Shown here piece after piece: positions 1 to 8,600 of a DNA stretch of 61,906 nucleotides. The notes below the pieces were generated by a model. It did not search any database. It was not told where the DNA came from and saw only the letters and a list, made by a program, of their open reading frames with translations. A program made the translations under genes and the position numbers. Positions within the stretch are counted from its first letter, which is position 1; each line of letters opens with the position of its first letter. The stretch comes from Eubacteriales bacterium. Lineage in GTDB: Bacteria > Bacillota > Clostridia > Oscillospirales > CAG-272. The DNA lies in NCBI GenBank assembly GCA_045532575.1, contig JAZSGE010000077.1, positions 1 to 61,906 on the forward strand, in the 5' to 3' direction.

Positions 1-600
1 AGACCGCTTGGCCTCCGACTTGAGGCTACGGCGGGGGCACACTCCCCCCTTTGTCCCCCCTCTACACAAGGGGGGCTAAGTTAGACGGAGGGAGGCTTGG
101 GGAGGCGGAGGGGGAGCGAGCGAAAAGGCCATGGAGTGAGCAGTACACCTCATCCACCGCATTGCGGTCCCCCTCCCCGCGACGCTGCGCTTTGCGCAAC
201 TCAACTAACGGAAATCTGTCCTTGCGGTTGATTTCCGAAGTTTCGTATGCTCGGAGGGAGGCCGGAGTAACAAAGTTTTGGGGGAGGTGGCCGCCGAGAT
301 CCCAAACGGCGCTCGCGCGCCGTTTGCTCCTCGCTCCGCTTGGAGTTCGACTGCGCTCAGGATGACACGGCGGAGGGCGCAAATGGGGGGAGGTAGGTAG
401 TGCTTGCCTTCCCCGGTGGGGGAAGGCTTGTAGTGACTTTGCTCAGGATGACACGGCGGTGGGGCGCCAATAGGGGAGGCTTGAGAGACGGAGAGGGGGC
501 GGCGGGAAGGATGGAGGCGGTGGGGCCGCGCTCGGGCGCGCGTGGGCGTGCGCGGGAGCGGGGGGCGCGTGAGCTTGGGCGCGCGCGGGCGTTTTTTGTA
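1..600. repeat. GC-rich composite hairpin-repeat region, non-coding; same family as 27590-27910
   Basis: Perfect hairpins at 55-75, 210-236, 304-325 and 406-427. 19-nt direct repeat GCTCAGGATGACACGGCGG at 355-373 and 441-459. Module TCCACCGCATTGCGGTCCCCCTCCCC (153-178) recurs at 27748-27774 and 27849-27874. Window start AGACCGCTTGGC matches 27607-27618 with one mismatch. Confidence 0.6.
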
Positions 601-649
601 CATTTTCGACAAAAATTATACGCGCGCGCGAGTTTCCACACTTTTGCGG

Positions 650-678
650 TTGACATTTCGGTGGGGCGGTGCTATAAT
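650..678 (+). promoter_or_regulatory. sigma-A type promoter TTGACA-17-TATAAT
   Basis: TTGACA at 650-655, TATAAT at 673-678, exact 17-nt spacer. Confidence 0.6.
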
Positions 679-684
679 GGCTTA

Positions 685-882
685 GGTCCGTATGTGCGCG
701 CATACGCACGCGTGATTGGGCGCGCTTATGCGCACGCACGCGTATGGGTACCCCAAAAGCGCAACGGACAGTGTCCCTTATCGGCTGCCGCGCGGCCGGG
801 GGGTCTATCACCGCTTACGGTGCCCATCGGCACCGCCGCGCCACATGATCCGGCGCCCTACTACACGATTTTGAGAGGTCTT
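685..882 (+). promoter_or_regulatory. long structured 5' leader upstream of the membrane/ABC gene
   Basis: Near-perfect 18-nt palindrome CGTATGTGCGCGCATACG at 689-706. ACGCACGCGT repeated at 704-713 and 734-743. Hairpin GGTGCC-CATC-GGCACC at 819-834. No riboswitch class recognised. Confidence 0.35.
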
Positions 883-3303
883 ATGCTGAGTCCTTATTCC
901 TATCTTCTTATCGGTCTACCGCCTGTCCTTGCGACCGTCCTCTACTTCCTTGTGCTCCGCAGTCGCAAGGTGTGGAACCTCCATTTCACGATGGTCGGTC
1001 GGCGCGATTTCTCCCGCCGCACGCTGTCGGTGCTCCTCCTCAGCGTCTTCTGCTGCCGTCTTTTCAAGGACGATGCGATCTACGGCCAGTTCGGCCTTAA
1101 CGGCGGCAAAGGGGTGGAGGATCCGCTCGAGATGGCCGCCAACATTGCCAAGGCTGTCCTGACCTCGACCGATGCGCTTGCCGCGACCCTTGTCCGTTGG
1201 CTTGGGCTTTTTGCGGTGTCGATGGCGATCCTTGCGCCCTTCTTCCGTAAGCGCGCGCTCCACGATTTTGTAGCGCTTTTCGGCACGATCTCTTACATTC
1301 TGTCATCGCTCTTCCTTGAAGAAAGCATGATCTCGATCACAGGGATCGGTGACCCCCTCGGCACCTGGCGGAACATCACCTTTATGGTGGAGATCCTCCT
1401 GCTCGGCACCGTCTCGCTCTCGGAGCTTGCTCTGCTCCTGCACCGCCGTTCCTTTGGCGGCGGCTGGCGGCGCCTTGGGGCGCTCGGCCTCTTCTTCATC
1501 ACTTACGTTATCCCCTTTATGCCCGCCTGGGCGCCGGGGGTCCTCTTCGGTATGTGGGGGGATGAGCCCGAGGGCTTCTGCGTTGAGCACCGCATCCTCC
1601 TGTATTCCAGCATTTTCATCCTGTTCTACTTCTATCTTGCCCTGCGCAACAAATCCTTTGACGAGCGGCATTTTGCCATGGTCGCCCTCTCGGCCTCGGC
1701 CTTCTTCAACTACTTCTCGGTCGACCGCACGGGGCTTTCCGGCCTCCCCCTGCACCTTTGCAACACGGCTATTATGATGATGCTCATCACCTACGTGTTC
1801 CGTCTCAAGGGCCTTTTCTACTTCACCTATCTCGTCAACGTGCTCGGTGCCCTCTTTGCCATCCTGATGCCAAACACCAACACGGTCCTGACCGAGCCCG
1901 GCACGGTCATCTTCTGGTACAACCACATTTATGCCTTTGTCCTGCCGATCTTCGGTGTGGCGCTCGGCATTTTCAAGAAGCCGAACTTCAAGATGGTGCT
2001 GCGGGCCATCGGTGTTTTCACGATCTACTTTGTGGTGATCGCCTTCATCGACGGCTGGTTCAACAACGCCTCCTTCAACACCGAGGGCAAGCTCATCGAC
2101 TACTTCTTCCTGTACTCGGCCTTCTACGTCAACAAATTCTCCTTTGTCAAGCCGATCTACGACATCGAGGTCGTGATCCGCATCGCCTCGGAGACCATCG
2201 TTCTCAAGCCCGTCTATCAGCTGACGATCTACGTCATCTTTATCGCCTCGATGTTCCTTCTCTGGGGCATCTATGCTACGCTCTTCCGTGTTTCCGACGA
2301 CCACAAGGAGCTGACACGTAAGCGCCACATTCTGCGCGACGACCATCTGCGCCTTTTAGCCGAGCTTGGCGACCGCCCGCTTTCGGCACCACTCAATCCG
2401 GAGGGAGAAAACATGATCAAGATCGAGCATTTTTCCAAGGTTTATAACGGCTCAACGAGAAAGTCGGCCGACGATATCAATATTGAGATCCACGCCGGCG
2501 AGGTCTTTGGCTTTATCGGCCATAACGGCGCCGGTAAATCGACCACCATCAAGAGCCTTGTCGGTATCCAGAGCATCACCGAGGGCCGCATCGAGGTCGA
2601 GGGCTACGACATTGCCCGCCAGCCGATGGAGGCCAAGATGCACATCGGGTACGTCTCGGACAACCACGCCGTCTATGAAAAGCTCACGGGGCGCGAGTAC
2701 GTCAACTACGTGGCCGACCTCTACCGCGTGTCCCCCGAGGACCGCGAGGAGCGCCTCAAGAAGTACACCCGTATGTTCCACCTCGAGGAGGCCATTGACC
2801 GCGAGATCAAGGGCTATTCTCACGGTATGAAGCAGAAGATCATGGTGATCTCGGCGCTCATCCACAACCCGAAGGTGTGGGTGCTTGACGAGCCCCTGAC
2901 CGGTCTTGACCCGACCTCCTCGTATCAGATCAAGCAGTGCATGCGTGAGCACGCGGATGCCGGGAATATCGTCTTCTTCTCGAGCCACATCATCGAGGTC
3001 GTGGAGCGCATCTGCGACCGCATTGCCATCATCTCGGGCGGTAAGATCCGCCAGTGCTCGACGATGGACGAGATCCGTGCCTCGGGCAAATCGCTTGAGG
3101 AGATCTACCTCCAGTACATCGAGGGTCCCGAGGGGGATATGATCAAGGCCGAGCGCGCCGAGAAGGAGGCCCAGGCCGCCGCACGCGCTGCCGAGCGTGC
3201 CGCCGAGGAGGCGCGTGCCATTGAGAAGGCTGAGGCGACCGTCCGCGAGATGCTCCGTACCCCCAAAAACGCCCCCGGGGCGCGCTCGGAGGATCGGAAG
3301 TGA
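883..3303 (+). CDS. polytopic membrane domain (YwaF/TIGR02206-like by recall) fused to ABC transporter ATP-binding domain
   Basis: Frame of ORF 400-3303. First ATG at 883, preceded by GAGAGG. About 500 aa of hydrophobic segments including LPLHLCN. ABC domain follows: Walker A GHNGAGKST, signature YSHGMKQK, Walker B VWVLDEP. Ala/Glu-rich C-terminal tail. The start codon is uncertain. Confidence 0.7.
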   Translation: MLSPYSYLLIGLPPVLATVLYFLVLRSRKVWNLHFTMVGRRDFSRRTLSVLLLSVFCCRLFKDDAIYGQFGLNGGKGVEDPLEMAANIAKAVLTSTDALAATLVRWLGLFAVSMAILAPFFRKRALHDFVALFGTISYILSSLFLEESMISITGIGDPLGTWRNITFMVEILLLGTVSLSELALLLHRRSFGGGWRRLGALGLFFITYVIPFMPAWAPGVLFGMWGDEPEGFCVEHRILLYSSIFILFYFYLALRNKSFDERHFAMVALSASAFFNYFSVDRTGLSGLPLHLCNTAIMMMLITYVFRLKGLFYFTYLVNVLGALFAILMPNTNTVLTEPGTVIFWYNHIYAFVLPIFGVALGIFKKPNFKMVLRAIGVFTIYFVVIAFIDGWFNNASFNTEGKLIDYFFLYSAFYVNKFSFVKPIYDIEVVIRIASETIVLKPVYQLTIYVIFIASMFLLWGIYATLFRVSDDHKELTRKRHILRDDHLRLLAELGDRPLSAPLNPEGENMIKIEHFSKVYNGSTRKSADDINIEIHAGEVFGFIGHNGAGKSTTIKSLVGIQSITEGRIEVEGYDIARQPMEAKMHIGYVSDNHAVYEKLTGREYVNYVADLYRVSPEDREERLKKYTRMFHLEEAIDREIKGYSHGMKQKIMVISALIHNPKVWVLDEPLTGLDPTSSYQIKQCMREHADAGNIVFFSSHIIEVVERICDRIAIISGGKIRQCSTMDEIRASGKSLEEIYLQYIEGPEGDMIKAERAEKEAQAAARAAERAAEEARAIEKAEATVREMLRTPKNAPGARSEDRK

Positions 3304-3304
3304 T

Positions 3305-5020
3305 ATGAGTACCCCTACGACCATTCCCGGGGAGCAGCTCGGCTTTATCGAGCGCCAGAAGCGCTCTGCCGACCGCATCCGCGCCTTGCTTTGCATGCAA
3401 ATGGGCGACAAGCTCCGGAAAAAGAACAAGCGCGAAAAGCGCAAGCATGCCTTCCTGATCTTTTTGCAGGTCCTGGCGGCGCTCGTGATCACCGCGGCGC
3501 TTACCGCGATCTGTTACCTTTTGCAGTCCTACTTCTTCGTGCCCCTTGACCGTAATCTTCTGGCGGTCATGTTTCTCCTGACCCAGCTCATCAGCATCCT
3601 TGCCAACATCGGCACGATACAGAACGTGCTTTTCACCGACAAGGAAAACTCAATGCTCCTGACCTTCCCCTGTACCTTCCGCGAGATCGCGATGTCCAAG
3701 CTGATCCTCTTTTTCCTGCGCGAGCTGAAAAAGAACTGCTTCTTCCTTCTCCCCTTCTTGATCGGCTTTGCCATTGCCACAAAGCAGGGCGCCATTTTCT
3801 TCATCTTTTCGCTTGTGGCGTACCTCATCCTGTCCGCCACACCGATCTTTGTGGCGTGCGTGCTCTCCATTGCCTTCCTTTACGGGAAGCGGTGGCTGCA
3901 GTCGCATCCCGTGCTCTATGTGATAACGCTCGTGATCGGCTTTGCCGTCATCTTCTACGTGGCATACGAGCTTCTGATGATCCTGCCGAACCCCCTGCGC
4001 TTTATTCAGAACTACGCCGAATACATGGGCAAGATCACCGAGGTGATCGCCAAAACCGCCGTTTTCTCCCTGCATTACGGCTCCTTAGCCGATATTTTGA
4101 CGGGTGCCGGCAATGCCCTCGATTGGGTGCTCCTCTTCGGCGTCACGGTCGTCGTGGTCTTTGCGGGTATCTCGCTGATCATCCCCTTCTACTTCCGCGC
4201 CGTCTCCTCGTCGGCCGAGCGCTCGACGCGCAAGAAGCGTGTGCGCCAGAAGTTCCATGAGGGCTCGCGCCTTTCGGAGGCGCCGCGAAAGCAGACCCGC
4301 TTCTCGCTCTACCGCACCTTCCTGCATAAGGAGCTGATCCTGACGGTGCGTGACGTGCAGAAGCTGTCGGCCACCATTACCTCCTTCTTCGTGCTCCCGC
4401 TCGTCTCGTTCATCATGAACTACGTGCTCGACACGATCAACACGAACCCCCTTGGCGACCAGATCATCATCGCCTTCAACGTGATGATCAGCGCGAGCCT
4501 GCTCGCGGCCTTCAACACCGACTGCGCCTGTGCCCTCTCGCTGGAGGGACTCGAGTTCTGCGTTCTGAAGACGGCGCCGAGTAACACGATGTCGATCGCC
4601 TGGGCCAAGATCACCGTGACCCTGTTCTCGAATTTCATTGCCATTGCGGCGACCGCTCTGATGCTCTATTTCACGACGGGCATTTCCCTTCTCGACCTTG
4701 TGCTCTTTGTCCTGACGCTGGTGCTTCTGGCCGCGGGGACCGTGCTCTGGAGCTTCCAGCTCGATGTCAGAAAGCCGCAGTTCCTTGAATACGCCTCGAA
4801 GGGCTCATCGGGCGTTGTCGACAATCCGAACGTCGGCAAGGCCGCCCTCTTCGGCTTTATCGTCGCAACGCTTGCCGGGGCGCTCACGCTCCTTCTGCTC
4901 TACGACAATTACGTGACCGGCTGGGTGCGTATCGTGGCGATCGCTCTCGCCTTTGCGGCGGCGCGCGCCTTCCTCTTCTACCGCAATCTCCAGGTCTACT
5001 TCCATGAGATCGAGCTGTAA
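3305..5020 (+). CDS. large polytopic membrane protein, putative ABC exporter permease partner
   Basis: ATG lies 1 nt after the previous stop (TGATATG). Many hydrophobic segments across about 570 aa. The family call is by recall only. Confidence 0.6.
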   Translation: MSTPTTIPGEQLGFIERQKRSADRIRALLCMQMGDKLRKKNKREKRKHAFLIFLQVLAALVITAALTAICYLLQSYFFVPLDRNLLAVMFLLTQLISILANIGTIQNVLFTDKENSMLLTFPCTFREIAMSKLILFFLRELKKNCFFLLPFLIGFAIATKQGAIFFIFSLVAYLILSATPIFVACVLSIAFLYGKRWLQSHPVLYVITLVIGFAVIFYVAYELLMILPNPLRFIQNYAEYMGKITEVIAKTAVFSLHYGSLADILTGAGNALDWVLLFGVTVVVVFAGISLIIPFYFRAVSSSAERSTRKKRVRQKFHEGSRLSEAPRKQTRFSLYRTFLHKELILTVRDVQKLSATITSFFVLPLVSFIMNYVLDTINTNPLGDQIIIAFNVMISASLLAAFNTDCACALSLEGLEFCVLKTAPSNTMSIAWAKITVTLFSNFIAIAATALMLYFTTGISLLDLVLFVLTLVLLAAGTVLWSFQLDVRKPQFLEYASKGSSGVVDNPNVGKAALFGFIVATLAGALTLLLLYDNYVTGWVRIVAIALAFAAARAFLFYRNLQVYFHEIEL

Positions 5021-5032
5021 GGAGGAGAGGAC

Positions 5033-5497
5033 ATGAATAAAAAGCTTATTATTCTTATCGTAGCGCTGGAATGCGTCTTTTCGGTCTTTCTCGTCAGCCT
5101 GTTCGGGCCGATGATCGAGGCTCTGCACGCCAAGGTCCTGGTCTCCGAGATCCATCTGATCGACGAGCAGGGTGAGCGCCTTGTGCCCGAGGAGGGGAAG
5201 GATCTCCCCTCGGTCGCGATCTCGCTCCCCGGCGACCTTGACTACCACTTTACCCTTGAGGTGCTTGAGGCCGATGCGACCGACAAGAGCGTGACCGTGA
5301 CCACGAACCGCCCTCTCGAGGAGATCGAGGTCCGCATGGACAAGAACGGCCGCGGCTTCACCGTCACCTTCTTGAACCCCACGCTGAAGAGCGTGACTGT
5401 CACCGTAGCGTCCAACGACGGCAGCGCCAAGACCGCCAGCGTTTACATCGAAAAGGAAGGCGGCAACCACGATATTGGCGACATCTTCGGCCAATAA
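5033..5497 (+). CDS. membrane-anchored small protein with beta-rich (Ig-like?) ectodomain
   Basis: AAGGAGGAGAGG RBS. N-terminal hydrophobic helix LIILIVALECVFSVFLVSLF followed by a beta-strand-like repetitive sequence. Confidence 0.55.
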   Translation: MNKKLIILIVALECVFSVFLVSLFGPMIEALHAKVLVSEIHLIDEQGERLVPEEGKDLPSVAISLPGDLDYHFTLEVLEADATDKSVTVTTNRPLEEIEVRMDKNGRGFTVTFLNPTLKSVTVTVASNDGSAKTASVYIEKEGGNHDIGDIFGQ

Positions 5498-5667
5498 ACA
5501 CAAGGTTTCGTTTGCATCCCCGGATGCCAAAATATAAAACGAAAGGAAAGGAGGTCCTTTATCCTTGCCCCGCGGCCGGAGTGCCGTGCCGCTACGTATA
5601 AAAACACTTTTTCACCCCGCAAGGGGCGACGGCGGCATTGCCGCCATGAAAGAGAGGTATTCCTTTT

Positions 5668-8600
5668 ATGAAACACACTATCGTAAAGCTGCTGATCGCA
5701 GTCCTGCTTATCGGCGCCTTGGTTGCCATGTTCGCCTCGTGCGGTCTTGGCGGCGCCTCGGAATTTACCGTCACCATCAAGGATGGCGACAAGACTCTCA
5801 AAACCCTTACCTTTGATAAGGATGCCACCATCGAGATCGATCTTGACGACACCGCGCTCCTGAAGCCGGGCTACGAGGTCGATGCCCTGTATACCGATGC
5901 CGCGCTGACGGCGAAGTTTGAGGGCACGCCGACGGCCACGGCCGATCTGACGCTCTACGTCAAGTACGAGCCCCGTCCCTTCAAGATCATCGTGATCGAT
6001 GACCCGAACAGCACGAACTACCGCCAGGTGGACGTCACCTACGGTGCGGCTTATGAGATCACGCCCCCCACCCGCGAGGGCTACGTCTTCCTCGGGTACA
6101 CCCACGTGCAGGACGGCGCCCCCGTTGCCTTCCCGCTCTCGGGCACCTACGATAAGACCAATACCATCTCGGTCTCGGGTCAGTGGAAGAAGCTGGCCGC
6201 GATCACCGTCTTTGACGAGCTGACCGATGAACAGGTCGGTACTGTCATCTACGCCGATGCCGAGGGCAACTTCACCCTCCCCGCCGTGACCGACACGAAC
6301 GCCGGCTACAACTTCGGCGGTTACGTCATCCCCGGCGTGACTCTCACGAAGCAGAATGACGGCACCTACACCGGTAAGGTCACGAGTGACGGCAACCTGA
6401 CGGCCACCCGCAAGTGGACCGAGGTCCCGAAGTACACGCTCATCGTGAACGGCCTTGAGGGCGACGATGCCATGGATCCCGCCGCTTACGCCACCGGTGC
6501 TACCTTTACCCTTCCCGTGGCCCCGACGAGGGACGGCTACCGCTTCAAGGGCTACACGGTCGGCGGCGAGGCTCTGACGGTCGGTGCGAACGGCGAGGTC
6601 ACCTTCACCTGGAGCGCTGCCACCACGATCACGGCCGTCTGGGAGTACATCCCGAAGGTCACCGTGATGAACGGCACGACGCCGGTGGGCGCAACGTTTG
6701 CGCTGCCCGCTGACGGCCACTTCACGCTGGATGCCGTCGGGAACACCGCCGAGAACAACTTCCGCGGCTATACCGGCCCTGCCGGCTTCACCGCCACCTA
6801 CAACGCGACCACCGGTAAGTACGACTGTGTCTACACCGGCACGACCGATCTCACGGTCTACTACAGCTGGGAGGGTGTCCGCTACATCGTCTTTGAGTCG
6901 AACGGCCCTGCCGTTGCCCCGATCCTGATCGTGGACGGTGTGACCGAGTACACCCTGCCGACGCTTGCCGATACCGATGCCTACTACTTCATCGGCTTCA
7001 AGAAGGGCAACGACACCATCACCGGCACCTTCACCCTTGCGGGCGACGATCTTGACGGTGACGGCGACGTGACCCTTACCGCTGTCTACCAGAAGAAGGT
7101 CTTTATCCGCTTCCACGACGGTACGACCTGGAAGGCCTGCCTCGTCGAGCAGGACGGCGACTATACTCTGGAAGCACCGACCGCCGAGGGCAAGACCTTT
7201 GTCCGCTTTACGCGCGATTCTGACTTGTTCCCCCTCACGGGCAACTACGAGGGCACCGAGGATCTTACCATCATTGTCGAGTGGTACGTGATCCCCACCT
7301 TTAACTGGAGCGTGGACGCCAACGGCGGTGCCTTTGCCCCCAACACGACGACGAACGGCACGGCCTATGAGTCGACCGAGATCGAGTTGCCTACGCCCAC
7401 GCTTGAAGGCCACAACTTTGTGGGCTATTACTACGGCGACGGCATTGCGCTCGTCAAGAACGGCGACAAGTACGTCCTGCCCGCTTACGCCGACGTTGAG
7501 GCCAAGAACCTCGTCCTCATTGCCAAGTGGGAGATCCAGACGGGTGCCCTCGGCTGGCAGACGAACAGCGATGGAAAAATCATTGGCTACTACCGCGAGG
7601 AGAACGGTGGTGAGATCATCCATGTCTTCTTGACAAATGGGAGCTTCTACTTCCCGGGCGGCGAGATCTCCTTTGGTGGTGACACCAGCGCCATCGAGCC
7701 GAAGCGGGACGGTGAGAAGTACGGCTTCCTTGCCAAGGCCCCCGGTACCTTTACCATGACACAGAACGGTGTCACCATCAAGTGCCGCGTGGAATATGCC
7801 ATCACCTCGGCCGGCGAGGGCAGCAACACCGCGAGCCGTAACGAAGCCAACTTCAAGGGCAAGATCGACACCGTCCTTGATGCCGGACACACGAATTTCC
7901 TCCCGGATATCGTTGCCGGTACCGTGTCGCTCGACAAGATCCCTCTCAAAGGCATCACGATCGAGAGGGTTGACACAACCGACCCCGAGAATCCCATTTA
8001 CGCTCCCCTTGAAGACGCCGAAGACAAGTATACACTTCTGCCGAACGGCGCGATCAACTTCGATGATACCTTGATTGGCGCGACCCTGAGAATCACCTAC
8101 ACCCCGAAGTATGCCCTCCCCGAGGACATTGCAAACGGCGAGGCTCTCGCCTCCGTGACGGTCAAGCTGAACGGCGGTGTGAACGTCTACACGAATGACG
8201 AGCTCTACGCCGAATACAGCAACCTCAACACCCGCGTGATCAACATCCTGCGCAACATCACGGCGGCCATGCAGGCCGAGCACTGCGCTCACGGCCATCC
8301 TGTCGGCTGCTGCTACGAGTTTGAGCGTCTCGGCAGCGATGCCGATCCCGTGCCGATCAACGAGTACAAGCACGGCGTTTACACGCGTACCTACGACAAG
8401 TGGTATGACTCCCTGACGGTCAACGGCAACTGCTACACCATCGACGGCAGCAAGCTGCCGAAGGTCGACGGCAGAAAGAAGCCCAGCTCCTACGACGGTC
8501 TCTTCGTGGGCACCGGCTACGCTTCGGTCAATATGCAGATCGGTATCTTCACCTGCTATGCCAATTACGACACCTCGTCGGACACCGCCGAGTCGCCCGA

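Noticed and set aside
400-882. N-terminal 161 codons of ORF 400-3303
   Set aside because: This part translates the GC-rich repeat region into Gly/Arg/Ala low-complexity sequence. It also reads through a consensus promoter at 650-678. The first plausible start with an RBS is 883.
5443-8373. 976-aa minus-strand ORF opposite the large lipoprotein gene
   Set aside because: Same GC-bias artefact. It has no RBS or recognisable motif, whereas the plus-strand frame has a signal peptide, a lipobox and repeated domain motifs.
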